57,454 bases of DNA from Octopus bimaculoides (GCF_001194135.2 NC_068993.1:27396637-27454090), one strand, 5' to 3'; numbered from the stretch's first letter, positions 12,020 to 25,449 are shown. The notes: generated from the sequence alone by a model not told the origin. Numbers and translations are program-made.

Positions 12020-12330
12020 AATGAAGCTTCATCATCATTATTGCTTAACATCTGCTTTCCATGCATGCATGGGTAGGACAACTGACAGGAGCCAACCAGG
12101 TAGATGACTACCCAGGCTATTGTCTGTTTTCGCATGGTTTTCATGGCTGAATGCCCTTCCTAACACTCTGCAGAGTGGACTCAGTGCTTTTTACGTAGCA
12201 CTAGCACAGCTGAGGTCAGTTTTGGAAAGATTTTTACAGGTGGATGCCCTTCCAAATGCAAATTACGTTACAGTGTGGAGTGGATGCTTTTTACATGGCA
12301 CCAGCACTGACAGGGTCACCAAGTAACTTG
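12020..12330 (-). mobile_element. RTE-type LINE 3' end / RTE-derived repeat
   Basis: Two GGATGCCCTTCC-type motifs (12146 and 12242 regions) of RTE-associated repeats. The minus strand ends ...CCCATGCATGCATGGAAAGCAGATGTTAAG followed by (GAT)n. A similar tail lies on + at about 17290-17345. Confidence 0.55.
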
Positions 12331-13329
12331 TTAAAGTGTCTCACCCATCACAAACTTCTGTGGTCTCCAAATGCCAAACTTTTTCCACATGGCTCCCCAC
12401 AACTACATGTTCATATATCTCCCAACAGAGCATCACTACCTTTGAGTATTGTTTTATTATGTTGCAGTGCTAAGTTCAAATTTTCATATGGTGCAATTGA
12501 ACGATGATTCCTCTAGTGACAGTTATGTACCACAAGAAATAATATTATTTAATTGTTCCATTAACTGTGTACTAAAATTTTTACAGATGTTATGGGACTT
12601 TTATAAGATAGCCATACCACAAGAAATAACACCTTAATTTTAGATAATGTACTTTGGGATACATTACACCTGGAAATAAGACAAGATCTTTGATCATAGA
12701 CATGCATGGTCAAGGGCAAAAACTTCCAACTCTGTCCCAATAACCAAGACATCAATTGAAGAATTTATAAAAGATATAAATGATAAACAATTTGAATTGT
12801 AAAGGTTATTTTACTGAACTACAAAGTACTTTGGTCTTTTGTGGAATCTTGCTAAAAAAGTCTTAAAGAAGTAATATTACTCTGATTAACAAGAGGTTCC
12901 CTTTCCTTTTCATTGTTACATTGCTAATGATAGCATTAGTACCAATTGTCTTCTTTTTTATGGCTTAGTCATGAATGGGAAAATATTCCAATTTACAAAA
13001 TAGAATGGAAAAAGAGAACACAAGACATTATAAGGCAACACTTTAAGAGCTTTAATTATGCAATTTGATTGAATAAATGCAATTTAAATGAAAAAAAGTA
13101 TATTTATTTTATTTGTCTATACAGCAGAAAAAAATCTTCACAAAATAATTATAGAAAATATATCCAATAACACATAATTTATATGCTAACAAGGCACTTC
13201 CATGGATAGTCAGAAATCATTAACAGGAGAAATAACATTCATTTTCCCCAAAATCCAACCAAAAGTCCACTAAAATGGAAATGGGTCTTGAGGTGAATCT
13301 TAAATATTAAATTTTTTTGCTTTCCTTAC

Positions 13330-14430
13330 AGAATTTCTACCATGTCAACTTACCAGCACAAATATGGTGCACATAAAAAGGGATGAATTGGAGGGCAGCT
13401 TGAATGAAAGGGAAAAAGAAGTATTCAGAGGTTCTTGGATGTTATATGTGATTGGCTTCCAGCATGATTGGCAGCATATTGTTCCAGTACATGGGCTCAC
13501 TTCTGTAGGCTCATGTTATACCAGCACTGTTGGAGATACAATCATGACAGTAGGCTTGACATGGAAAATCAACAGAAAGCCTGTAAAACATGACAGAAGC
13601 ATGTGCAGAAACAGTCCAAGAACACAAGAGCCAACTTTCAACAGAAAACATACCTAAAACATGTGAGGTTGATACTGGACTTTATCCTTCAGATATTTCA
13701 GTTAAAGAATATGCAGATGTGATTTGGAAAGAGTGCCTGCTGCATCCAAAAGATTATCCTAAAGATTTTATTAGATGGATATTGATGATATTTCATCAAT
13801 ATCCATCAAGATGTTCAATCTCGATTAATGTAACTCAAAATTCTAGCCATGTAATACAATCAATGGTCATTATACATTATGTGATGGATGGTGGTACTGA
13901 ATCTGTGGTTCAAGAATGATTTTTAAATTTTGTTGATTGTTGTAATACTTGACAAGCATAATTATGAAGACATTCAAACACTTTGAGACCAACGTGGGCA
14001 GAAATACAATAACTCTGCCAAGATGTCTAGTGAGTAACAAGGCACCAAACAGCACTTATTACTGTTAAGTATCATTGTACATTTATTATCTGTTAACCTG
14101 TTATACACAAAAATCTTGTAAAGTAGATTCTGCATTATCTTCTGGAAGTTTAACACTTGGGTACCTACCAACACTCTGCTCCTGGCTCAGCTCCAGAACC
14201 TACTTCCACTCTTAATAAATCTTGTAGTAATAGTAGTAGTGGTGGTGGTGTTCAATAAATTGCCAAAAGTTATGAACATACAGAAAGTATGTATTCACCA
14301 GATATGTTGGCAGAATTGTCATAATTCCATCCATTACAGTCTTTAATATGTATCTCACAATGCTTGTGTATTCCCATAATCAGGCTTGCTAATTCAGCCT
14401 AGTCTTCTTACAAAAATCAACAAAATTAAA
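13330..14430 (+). pseudogene. Heavily decayed ZMYM1-like hAT transposase
   Basis: SISINVTQNSSHVIQSMVIIHYVMDGGTESVVQE*FLNFVDCC resembles SIIVDxTPDxSHxEQxxxIIRYV..VQERFLxF, and QKYNNSAKMSSE resembles QGYDNAAxMSG. Many stops. Confidence 0.5.
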
Positions 14431-17400
14431 ATTGTAATTCAACTGCGAACTCAGGATCACCCTAGGTCAAATAATGAATAATATATTAATGCCAGCTAAA
14501 TAGATACTTAATTAGTTGGAAATTGAAAGTTAAGTTACTTCATTTTGTAACCTCCCGGATATAAATTTGACTCAAACTGAATCTTTTAGTAACTATTTTT
14601 TTTACATCAAACCCAGCAATGATAATCATAAATGCAACAGTTGTTGCAAGTACATTCAATAACCTTTCTGAAATAGTATTGTTGCACTGTTGTAAACATA
14701 ATGTCTTCTTTTAATAAAAGCAACTATTTGTGGTTTTCAGACATTCATTTAACTGTAATCAGGCCTCAAATGGTAAATATAAAAACAACTCTATTATTAT
14801 GATTATTTATTAAGTTAGGATTTAAAGAAGACATCCCAAAAGAGAAATGGCAAATTACAAAACCAAATCAAATAATTAGCTCAGTTAATTGTTGGTATTA
14901 TAGTATCTGTAATTTGACATTGAAGATAACATTGAGCATCGTGCACTAGATGTAACATAAGAATCCAGTCCCTACTTGTTGATTCTAAATCTTATTCCAC
15001 ATAATACTATGATACATATTTTTAGATACCAACATATTTTAGTCAACTGGTTTCACTACTGCTCCAAAAATATACAAAAGTCAAGAAGTACAAAACTATC
15101 ATGCTAATGCAGGCACAGTAAAAATAATATAAAGCAGTAAAATAGACGAAAGAGAGTCATAGAGTTGGTGCTTTATACTAAACAAGAGATAAACCACCTA
15201 CTGATGAATTCAAACTCACTATGAATTCAGAACTCACTATGAATTCAGTTGAGAGAGGATGAACTCCTACATGACTGACACATATAAAGGCTTTAGCGAT
15301 GTGCTAGCAGTAGATTTCTAAGACATGGTAACATGATGGACTGTAAGACTCTATCATCATTTTTTATATAAAGTAAATATATTAGCAGCATATGTATTGG
15401 CAGTATATGACTTCAATCCCAAATATTTTATCTTGTTTTAATAAATATAGTTTTAATAAAGCAAAAAACTTATTGTTAAAGTTATCTAACAAGTGATTAA
15501 TATCAATTATAAAAATAAAATAAAGCTTTAGAAGAATAGTATTTAAGCCATAATCACATTAGTAGTAATAAAAGCAAACAAAATAGTGAAAACAATTATT
15601 ATCGTAAGTAGAATCTTTGATCCAAAGAAAGAAGAACCATTCACAGGAGGAGACACTGTGAAAAAAAAATATTACTTATTACAGACATATAAACAAATAT
15701 CTTTCTATACATACATATACAACCAAAATAAAAATAGTAATCTTTTTCGTGGTATATAACACCCTTTCTTCTGACAGTCAACACTGTATGTATGTATGTA
15801 TGTATACACACACACACACACACAATATGCAGACATCATTAGCTGCCCCCACCCAAATATCATCAAAGAATTACTTTTTAATGATACATGATGTGATTGA
15901 GTAAACAATATTATTATAATGTTATCCACTGAAAGGAGTATCAAAAGGTGAGTAGGAAAATACAAAAAGGGTAAGTTGCTCACACATTTAATTAAAAACA
16001 AGAGACTAATGAATATTACAACATTGTAATAGTTAAGACAGTCATCAAATGTAATCACAACAAACCAGATAGAGTAATCTGAAATAGTGAATACATTTAG
16101 ATAGTTGCTTGAACGCATGATAAGTAGCCCATTTTAACATGACTACATGAGCCTTGGTTGCCTTCAGTAAAGTACACACTGTTTGAAATGCTCAGATTAG
16201 AATCTGGTTTGAAGATGATTTCCTCCTACCAGTCCTGAGACAAAGTTATCTTCAAAAAAGTAATGGCTGCTGTCCTTTCTCCTCTCTCAAACAAAATCAA
16301 ACATAAAACTCTACATAGTGAATGGTTGGCATTGTACCTATATTTATTTATGTAACTCATTATGTTATAGATTAAATTAGTCATCAAGGAAATATTTTAA
16401 TCTGTTCACAGTGTGCATACTTCTAATTTTAATTTAAAAAGTTTGGAGCTGTACCCAACTTGCAATTTCTCATTCACCAATTACTTCATATTTGGCTTAA
16501 CCTTCTACCCTCACACCCTAGTTAACATTTTATCGGGACATTTTTCAATATAGGTATGTATAGTTTTTTTTTTGTGTGAATTAGTATATAGTAAATACTT
16601 GAAACAGAGAAACTAATATATTCAAACTAACCAGGTGCATTTCTCTATGGGCTGCCTACTTCAGTTTAAAAAAATTATAACAGACATTGTGTATAAGAGA
16701 TAGGGAATACATAAAATAGCATTGGGGCTGACATCACTGGATTTGAACTCAGCATTGCAATTCAATAAAACACTTATCACAGAGTACAGCTATCTAGCTA
16801 TGTGATATCCATAGAGAGATTAGAGATCTGGATTGTTACATACTAAAGGTCTTCATCATAGATACAGAACATTAGCAGTGGGGACATGAAACCATGTGCT
16901 TGCTTTCTCATTTATCAATTATTATTGTATCAAGTCAAATATTTAATGCTTTAGGCTTTAATCATGATACATCTCGTGATAACTAAATGTTTCTTCACCT
17001 GGATAATGAAATAAATTAACTCATGCCAGAAAAATGCTCACTCAGCCTATCATGAGATATCTCCAGATTATATTCTTCCTTATAAGTTTGTTTTTTTTAA
17101 ATTTATATTTTCAGTTATCATACATAACTGTTTTTGAAAGTCTTATGGGAAGCCTAAATATTTACTGGAAACAAACCTCAGCATATATGCATTAAGCATA
17201 TGTAAGAACATCCAGTAATAGAAGCCAAGCTAAATGACTTGTATGAACGCCAGTCTATGGAAACAGTACCTCCCAATAAGATATGATGACTGATTTAATT
17301 CATGCCAGCATGGAAAGCAGACATAAAATAATGGTGATGATGATGTAGGGAAGAAAATTTTCTGTTTTACTATTAAGATTTTGATTTCTTGTTTGTTGCA

Positions 17401-17499
17401 CATATTCATATTTCATAATAAAAGATTGCTTGCTTTATTTCACTATCTATTAGCTGTAGCATCAGTTTAACTAAAATTCATTATTGTATAAAAATATGA

Positions 17500-17735
17500 T
17501 GGAGGCACTTCGCTTAGTGGCTAGAGTGTTGAACTTATGATTGTAAGATTGTAGTTCTGATTCCTGGACTGTGCAAAATGTTACATCCTTGAGCAAAGCA
17601 TCTCATTTCACATTGCTCCAGTCCACTCAGCTGGAAAAATGAGTAATCCTGTAATGGACCGGCATCCCATCCAGGGGAGAATATATGCACCACAGAAACC
17701 AGCCCTATGAGTCTGTATTACTCGGGAAGGATGTT
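17500..17735 (+). mobile_element. tRNA-derived SINE, second family, decayed
   Basis: GGAGGCACTTCGCTTAGTGG (A box), GTTCTGATTCCTGG (B box-like), CCTTGAGCAAAGCA (CORE-like) and GGACCGGCATCCCATCCAGGGG body motif. Confidence 0.6.
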
Positions 17736-17789
17736 TATCTGTATCCTATCCTATAAAAATATATTACAGTAATGACTTAATAGGTGAAA

Positions 17790-18720
17790 GAAGGTTGGTT
17801 AAAGACTACTGACCTATCTGTTTGACTATCAGCAAGATCATGGAACAAATTTTCAGAGAGAAAGATTATGTTCCTTGAACAGAATCACTCACTAAATGAG
17901 TTTCACTGAAATAGGTTCAGATAACAGTGTTAGCAATATTAATGACAATTGAAACAGCCACTCAACAAGTTAAATAAAATTTGTGGTAAACCTAACTCTG
18001 CAAAAGCTTTTGATGAAGTCAATCTTGGAGTGATCTCCTACACGTCATGTGATCTCAGTATGATGAGGGAAATTAGGACAGTGGTTACAGGATTGTTAAC
18101 AGCAGAAACTTAACTTCTGTATCTGAAGTCAAGTTTCTGCAGGTTAACACTGTCATATGGTAAAGTTGTCCATCCAGAGTGTTTTCCATAGGGAGCTGTA
18201 TTGGTACTGTTACTGTCCATAATAGCTTTTCAATAATATCCTTAAATTTAGCATACCATTCTTGACTAATACCAAGGCATGAAAAGTAATCAAGAACCTA
18301 GATGAAAACTCACAGAATCTTGATGCCATATACAGATGAGCTAATAAAAAAAAAAAAATGCAATTTAATACAAGAAGTACCTTGCTACTAGCTCCTACTG
18401 AATCTCCAAATAATATGGATATACAAAATGCAGCAGGACCACAATTCCAGAATTAGAATCTATGAGAGACACTAGGCAACTGCATGCAGATGACTAGCAG
18501 GCTGTATCATGAGAACATTAAAAACAAGTTTCCTTGATTATGGTCAGCCTGGGGAAATCCAGGGGTCCACCGAAAAAATGGTTGCTTCCATACATCAACT
18601 GAACTACTAGGAGAGATTGAAATCTTTAAGATTCAACTCACTGGAATGAAGATGGGAAAATCTGCAGCAGTCTATTTCTAGGCATAAAATGGGCCAGTTG
18701 TTCTAGGCTCATCTAGATTC
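17790..18720 (+). mobile_element. CR1/L2-like LINE reverse transcriptase relic
   Basis: Degenerate RT motifs across frameshifts: ISKIMEQI, AKAFDEVN, P*GAVLVLLL (PQGxVLGPLL), NY*ERLKSLRFNSLE*RW. Confidence 0.6.
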
Positions 18721-18840
18721 TGGAAGGACTAGCACCAAACATTGGTACTGAAAGTTCTGAAAATTCTTGAGCTAGTTGCCACAGTACAAAACACCACAAG
18801 TGAAAAAAATCGAAGATCTATTTCTATCTCAAATACTTAC

Positions 18841-18920
18841 CACATATGATTTTCTTAAGCTTTATTGGCATTTGATTACAGCCAAACTTCTTAGCACACT
18901 GCACATAAGCACTTTTGGCA
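18841..18920 (-). other. Candidate host-gene exon (80 nt)
   Basis: Strong acceptor TTTTTTCTCAAATCTTTTGACAG and donor TG|GTAAGT. One open frame: AKSAYVQCAKKFGCNQMPIKLKKIIC. Confidence 0.3.
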
Positions 18921-19151
18921 CTGTCAAAAGATTTGAGAAAAAAATAGCAATTATTTTCACTTTCACAATATAAAAGTTACAAAATTTCCTTTTTTAATAT
19001 CATAAGTAAGGTGTGAATTACAGTAGTAATGTCTCAATTGATACAGTTTTACTCCTTACATTGTTAATTCACTTGAGAAATGCATAGCTACCACATCTCA
19101 TTTAATCCTCTTCAAAACATAGTGCTAATACACCATCACCTGATCTCTTAC

Positions 19152-19190
19152 AATTAGCAGCCATATCTTCTTCCAGCTATATCTTGCCAG
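19152..19190 (-). other. Candidate host-gene exon (39 nt, phase 0/0)
   Basis: Acceptor CTTATTTTTAAAG and donor ATT|GTAAGA. Only phase 0 is open: LARYSWKKIWLLI. Confidence 0.3.
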
Positions 19191-19595
19191 CTTTAAAAAT
19201 AAGATTGAGTGGATAATGCAATCCTCAATATATTATGTCAGGAAAAATGCAAAATGGTCATGGTTGGAACCCATCTATACAATGAAAGTTCAACACAGGA
19301 AGAACAGAAAAACATTTGTCAAAACCAAGCATGAAACATATTTGATGGTGACAAATCTGTACAAAAACACTACAAATATGGAGAAAGTAGGAGCATCCTA
19401 TCCTATTTCAAATTCATCAACAGACAACACAAAGCATCAAAACCTTACTTAATCACACTGCAAATCAGAACAAAATGCATCCCAGAAGTTACCAAAAAAA
19501 GTATTAATTTAGTCTTTAGGATTTATATACAGTTAAGTTCATTATTACTATCTCTACAGTTAAATTATATGTTCTTTCTGAAATTAAAATAAATA

Positions 19596-20770
19596 CAAGG
19601 TGCATTCCAGAAATTTTGAGACTTTTTTTTAAGGAAAGTCATTTATTTCTGCCCTAGGTTACTGTAATTTTAGTACATCATTACTAATAAGCTGACCTGC
19701 TAGCTTTTGTTTATTTCCGATTGAAGAAGATGGCTGTAACAGCACTTTGAACACAACACTGTTTATCACAGCTGAATGCAGTTGGGACATGAAGATGATT
19801 TGGAAGCTCACTATTCAATAAAGTTTTGTGTTAAATTGGGCAACAATGCTACAGAAATTTATGAAATGCTCCAGACTGCTTATGGATTAGCTTGTATGAG
19901 CTGAGCATCTGTTTTTTGCTGGCAAGAGGTTCAACAATGGGAAAAAGGAGGTGAGAAACAATGAGAGGTGTGAGAGGGAAAGGGATGTCAGAATATCAGA
20001 GATGGTTGAGAAAATTCAGTTTGTGTAGCAACAGTACACAGAATTATCAATGAAGATCTGAACTTGTGCGAAGTTTGTTCTCAGGATGCTCAGTGATGAA
20101 CAGAAGGAAAGACAAATTGGTGACTGCTGGGAGATGGTTGAGCTCATTACCTCCAATCCAAGAGTACTTGAGTCTCTGGTGACCTGTGTTGACCTGTTAT
20201 GATCCAGAGTGCCCAATGAAAGTATCCTGTCTCCCCCAAACTGCATCTCATCTAAGCTGACTCTCTCCCTAATTAGTTGGGCTATGACCTTCTCAGTGAC
20301 TTTCATTACCTGGTCCAACAACTTAATACCTCTGTAATTGTTTGTATCTAAAGCGTCACCTTTACCCTTGTAGCAGTTGACTATTGTGCTGCTACACCAG
20401 TCATTGGGTATGACTCCTTCGTGTATCACCTGATTAACTATACGGGTGACTAGGTTATAGCCAACACTGCCAGATATTTTGAGTATCTCTGCAGTGATTC
20501 CTGATGGGCCAGGGGCTTTCCCTGTCTTCATACTCTTGGTCGCTTTATCTACCAAGGTACTGTCAATTAGGATAGCTGGTTCCTCTGTTGGGTCGACATG
20601 CGGCAGACTCTCTTCCTCCCATTCATTCCCTTTATTAAGCAACCTTTCATAGTGGTATCTCCAAACCCCTCTCTTTGCAGCCTCATTTAGTGCAAGTGAG
20701 CCAAAATCCTGAGACAATAAAAAATTCTTGCATTCAAACCACTAGGCAAAACTATTAACACTAGGTTTGC
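19596..20770 (+). mobile_element. mariner-type DNA transposon relic, interrupted by an RTE fragment
   Basis: TA at 19594-19595 then TIR-like CAAGGTGCATTCCAGAAA. Transposase remnants SIKFCVKLGNNATEIYEMLQTAYG and CAKFVLRMLSDEQKERQ..LESLVTC..YDPE, apparently resuming at about 20692. Confidence 0.78.
20233..20692 (-). mobile_element. RTE-clade LINE fragment (RT N-terminal region)
   Basis: Open frame MKTGKAPGPSGITAEILK..IPNDWCSSTIVNCYKGKGDALDTNNYRGIKLLDQVMKVTEKVI..LDEMQFG. Confidence 0.85.
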
Positions 20771-21752
20771 TAAACACAGCACTAGTACTATTAATGGAGT
20801 TGTGTTAACACTTGTGGCAGCATCAGTGGTTCTGTTGGTAGCATAGGTAAGTATGTTGTTTTGGCTGTTAATTCTTTTCATTTTTATTGTTCTCATTATC
20901 AATGTTGCTGCTATTCTGACAGTTCTTGTATTCACTTTTGTTGTTATTGTCATCATTGTTGTTGCTGTTATTTATTGCAGTAGCACTTTGACTCAAAGTG
21001 GGGAAGACTGCTGTTTCAAACATTATTTAATAGGATACCCTCTGGTATCCTATTACAAATTTCAATGCTATGTTTTGAGTTTCTGTAAATGGTAAACTCC
21101 ATGAAAGAAAATGAGCAAATCCCACGTCAAATGTGTAAACAAAATGGAACTGACCAGTTCAAGACCCTGATCAGTTTAGTAATACAGGAATCCTTTGACT
21201 ATCACAGGTGTTATGTCCCCCCCCNNNNNNNNNNAGTAGAAACAGTACTGTACTGTATATTTTTAAAAATTATTTTTATAATTTGTATATATTTAATTTA
21301 TCATAAATGCAAAACAACACCATACAGAAATTGGCATAAGCTTAAATAATAAACTGCAATAGGTGAACTGCAATATGGCAAGGGATTATGGTACAGAATG
21401 AAAATTTTTGAACACAGACATTTAAAACAGATAAATAAACTTATGAGTAATTCAAAGGTATGTATTGCTGATTCAATAACAACAACAATTATAATAATTT
21501 CCAAAAATTAGGACTCAGAAGTAGGGCGAGAAATTTGTCTACTTTTAGTTGATCAATTTAGTTACCTATTAATCTAAAAATTTAACTAATGATGAGATTT
21601 ATAGATATATATGATGATAATGATGATGATTTTGTCAATGAAATAACTGAAAAAAGTCAATAATATTTAATGAATATTTGTAACTTACGTGCATTTGTTC
21701 TCCAGAGTCGCTTGCATTGTTCTGTCTATCTCACTGCTGCATGCATACTCAC

Positions 21753-21808
21753 AACCTGGCATGATAAGTTAGGAAGATATGGATTATATAAAGAGGTAAC
21801 AAAACTTT
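21753..21808 (-). other. Candidate host-gene exon (56 nt)
   Basis: Acceptor ATTTCTCCTCTATTAG and donor GTT|GTGAGTAT. Two open frames: SFVTSLYNPYLPNLSCQV or KVLLPLYIIHIFLTYHAR. Confidence 0.3.
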
Positions 21809-22765
21809 CTAATAGAGGAGAAATAATATACACAAAACATATTAATAAAAGAAGATTTTAAGTGTTTATACACACCTAGGCATACTAGCATTTGCATACA
21901 GTAGCAGACAGGTAAGACACATGGAAGATTTCTGTTTTTCAAACCTGTCCAACTAAATTATGCACACTAATGTTATGGCTGTCCATCAAATTCAAGGACG
22001 ACCATCTTCATTAATCATGCTTATTTTGATGACTGCATATCTCAATCCATCTTCTCTCTCAAATGTGGATCTTTTGATTACATATCACTTATTAAGCATT
22101 AGCAACAGAGAACACCTATGCTACACCTACTGTGTGCCCTTGCAAGTTAAAAACTAAAGAAGCAGTTGTATTTATTGTCACAGACATGCAGGAAATTCTA
22201 ACCACCACAATGGTAACCATCCTGCTCAGCTAAAATTCATGATCCACACTGCAAGGGATACCTGCATAGTGAAGCTTTAAAGTAGTGTTGGAAGCATAAA
22301 TTTCCAAATATAACTATCTCTGCCATGAAGGAGACAAATTTAGTTGCAAGGGTGACCCAAGACAAATGGTACCGCTTCCAGTTTCAAGAAACTACCAAAA
22401 ATCCATGATGTTGGAAACTGATTAAAAGCTAAAACTACACTTTATTTATCTCTAAGTCTACACCATTTGAATTTCTGAGCTTAACCATAAGAGGACAGCA
22501 TGGTAGTGCAGATAAGTCACTGTCTCATAACAAAGAAACCTTATTCCTTACTCTCTTAGACATATGTCTTCATAAGAACTAGGAGACCGTTATTTTCAAA
22601 ATGATCTTAAAGTGCACTTGGTTACATCTGTTTATTTAACAGGCCTTATTTTTTGCCCTGCTGGTTTCCTAATAATTCTTCTCCCCAGGTTAATCTGGAG
22701 AGGGTGCCAGTTTAGTTACCAGCAGATATAGCAACCATAGAACAGGTTGTAATAAATTAATTACC

Positions 22766-22853
22766 AGTAAAACTCAAAGTAACATGGCACATTATCAGTA
22801 GAACTCAAAGTAACATGGCACATTATCAGTAGAACTCAAAGTAACATGGCACA
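22766..22853. repeat. 31-bp tandem repeat, about 2.8 copies
   Basis: Unit AGTAGAACTCAAAGTAACATGGCACATTATC repeated head to tail with no spacers. Confidence 0.9.
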
Positions 22854-23247
22854 CATTTGTGTCCTGCTAAACAGATTGTAGAGCCTTCTGGGCTTCAACA
22901 GTTATATTCATGCCACTCTATAGTACTATATCCATGCCATTCAAAAGTGATATTTTGCTTGCAGTGTCAGTTTCAAATCCTTTGAATATTTAACACCAGG
23001 GCTGATTGGATATTGATGGATAGCTCTAATCATGAAAAGTCAAGTAATTACACTGTACAACACTTACAAAATGTAAGTACAACACTACAAAATGTCTAGG
23101 AGGAGAATGCCTCAAAAATTGTTAAGAACTGTGTAATATCACTTACTGCAAGGCGCTAAATTCAATTGCTTTTTCACAGGACAGGAATGTTCAAATGCAC
23201 ACTTCAAGATTGTTTCATAGCCCCTATAATAGAGTAATAATAATAAT

Positions 23248-23821
23248 GAGTTGGGACCTATATACTCTGGATACCATGCCAACACTATGGAATAACAACA
23301 GAAAAAAGATGGTATAGGCACACCCCAGAAAGGGTCACAGAAAATGAAAAAGCAACCATACTCTGAGATATGCCAATACACACAGACAGAGAACTCAAGA
23401 CTAATAGGCCAGATAAAGTTGTCAGAGATCACCAAGAAAAAAATGCTTTTTAATTGATGTATCAATACCAACAGATGACAACGTTTCTCTAAAAGAAACA
23501 GGGAAACTTTCAAAATACAAAGATCTAGAAATAGTGGTAACTCAAATGTGGACCCTAAAAACAGAAACAATTCCTATCATAGTGGGCGCATTAGGTAATG
23601 ATAAAAAAAAACATTCAGACAAATACATAACAAAAACACCAGGACTTACAAGTATATATAACATACAGAAAATAGAACTACTAGGCACTGCACACATCCT
23701 ACATAAAACACTTTCAATACAATGAAAATAAGAGCACCACAACAAACCACAACCCATACCCAAGGCACACAGAGCTGTGCTTGGTAGTGCAGTGAAAGCA
23801 CGTGATAAAAATAAGACTATT
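23248..23821 (+). mobile_element. 5'-truncated R4/Dong-like RLE-type non-LTR retrotransposon
   Basis: ENEKATIL*DMPIHTDRELKTNRPDKVVRD..CFLIDVSIPTDDN..KLSKYKDLE..MWTLKTETIPIIVGALG..LLGTAHIL is a restriction-like endonuclease domain. It ends in (TAA)n. Confidence 0.8.
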
Positions 23822-23822
23822 G

Positions 23823-23838
23823 AATAATAATAATAATG

Positions 23839-23878
<40 letters not shown>
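23823..23878. repeat. (TAA)n microsatellite
   Basis: Direct reading; one interruption (TGA). Confidence 0.95.
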
Positions 23879-23879
<1 letters not shown>

Positions 23880-23989
23880 CTGCAGATAGTAAGCCTGCTA
23901 CACATGCAAGACTCCAGAAGCTCCAACAAAACCTGTGATAAAGAGATAATAATAATAATTTGCCTGTAAATAATAGGAGTGTTCAGTTT

Positions 23990-24790
23990 AGTATGCAGCT
24001 AAAATTCTAGTTTGAACTGTGAAGTGGGTGGAATTCTTTAAGTATGATGTTGACTTTCCTGCTAATGGACTGATTATATCCACAAGGAAGCAGCTCAGTG
24101 GATGACATGCTGAACCTCGACAGTTTACAATAGGTTTTAATGGAATACCATCCTTGTGAATCTTAGGTAGACCATACATGTGTGGTAGTTTACTGTAGTG
24201 TTGAGTCAGTTGTCTGTACTTCATTAATATAAAGTGATCCTTGTTCTTGATCAAGATCTGTGACAACTTCCTCTCTGTTTTCAGAGTTGGGTCTTTCTTT
24301 ACTTTGCTGTAGCTACCATCACTTATAAGACTTGCCAGTTTTTCCGAGTAGTCAGACTAGTTCATCACCACTGTAGCATTTCCCTTGTCCACCAGAAGTA
24401 TTATGACGGATTTGTCACTCTGTAGTCATTTGATAGCAAACTTTTCTTCCTTAGTGATGTTTGGTTTGGGAAGTTTCGCTTCTTCCAGTACTTGTCTCAC
24501 TTTCCCCCTTAGTTCATCTTCCTGAGCTTTTGGTATCTTTACGGCTATCTTTTCAATAGGGGCTATTATATCCAAGTATGGAATGTGCTTGATGGTTGTC
24601 GCAAAGTTGAGACTTTTGAGTAGTATTGCTTCTTCAAAACTTTCTAGATATCAGCTACTTACATTAATTACTGCTTTCATGGGTGGGTGACGGACTTCAG
24701 TCTTCATTCTCTGACCTTTGAGTTTCATAAACTTCTTAATCTCGCGTGTCTTCACCATTTCAAATTCTTTCATGTGAAAGCAGTAAGCAC
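23990..24790 (-). mobile_element. PLE family A, RT N-terminal fragment
   Basis: LNFATTIKHIP..VDKGNATVVMN*SDYSEK..DPTLKTERK..LPHMYGLPKIHKDGIPLKPIV..GSACHPLS..YLKNSTHF, typical PLE RT N-terminus. Confidence 0.85.
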
Positions 24791-24945
24791 ACTGAGTGTA
24801 GATATGAATAGCATATGGGAACTGGTATTAAGGTAGGATAGGAAAATATTACATTTATAAGCCCTAAAATTCACTCCATAATTGCCCATGGGCCTATGGT
24901 GTAGTGGTTAAGAGTGTGGGCTACTAACCCTAAAATTCCATTCAC
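24790..24945 (+). repeat. Inverted partial pLTR of PLE family A
   Basis: Matches the reverse complement of about 6730-6830 (GAATAGCATATGG..GTATTAAGG.AGGATAGGAAAAT..CCATAATTGCCCATGGGC.TATGGTGTAGTGGTTAAG) and lies 5' of and opposite to the RT fragment. Confidence 0.75.
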
Positions 24946-25247
24946 CTAGATTTCATTGCTCTTTTAAAAATTACGATTTATGCANNNNNNNNNNGTAGCT
25001 ACCATCACTTATAAGACTTGCCAGTTTTTCCGAGTAGTCAGACTAGTTCATCACCACTGTAGCATTTCCCTTGTCCACCAGAAGTATTATGACGGATTTG
25101 TCACTCTGTAGTCATTTGATAGCAAACTTTTCTTCCTTAGTGATGTTNNNNNNNNNNNNNNNNNNNNNNNNNNNNNNNNNNNNNNNNNNNNNNNNNNNNN
25201 NNNNNNNNNNNNNNNNNNNNNNNNNNNNNNNNNNNNNNNNNNNNNNN

Positions 25248-25418
25248 GTGGCTGTGTGGTAAGTAGCTTGCTTACCAACCACATGGTTCTGAGTTCAAAC
25301 CCACTGCGTAGCACCTTGTGCAAGTGTCTTCTACTATAGCCGACCAAAGCCTTGTGAGTGGATTTGGTTGATGGAAACTGAAAGAAGCCCGTCGTATATA
25401 CGTATATATATGTGTGTA
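25248..25418 (+). mobile_element. Octopus-type SINE, head half (split by PLE family B)
   Basis: GTGGCTGTGTGGTAAG A box, GAGTTCAAACCC B box, ends in the central (TA)/(TG) tract. Confidence 0.85.
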
Positions 25419-25449
25419 AAGAATAAAAAGTTTTAAATGGTACAAACAA

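Noticed and set aside
12622-13399. Further minus-strand exon candidates (about 12622-12673 and 13355-13399)
   Set aside because: They overlap probable transposon relics, several frames are open, and I cannot chain them consistently.
22766-22853. 31-bp repeats as a CRISPR-like array
   Set aside because: Units are directly adjacent with no spacers, there are no cas genes, and the context is eukaryotic.
24995-25147. Exact 153-bp duplicate of 24309-24461
   Set aside because: 100% identical and isolated between two N gaps; most likely an assembly artefact.
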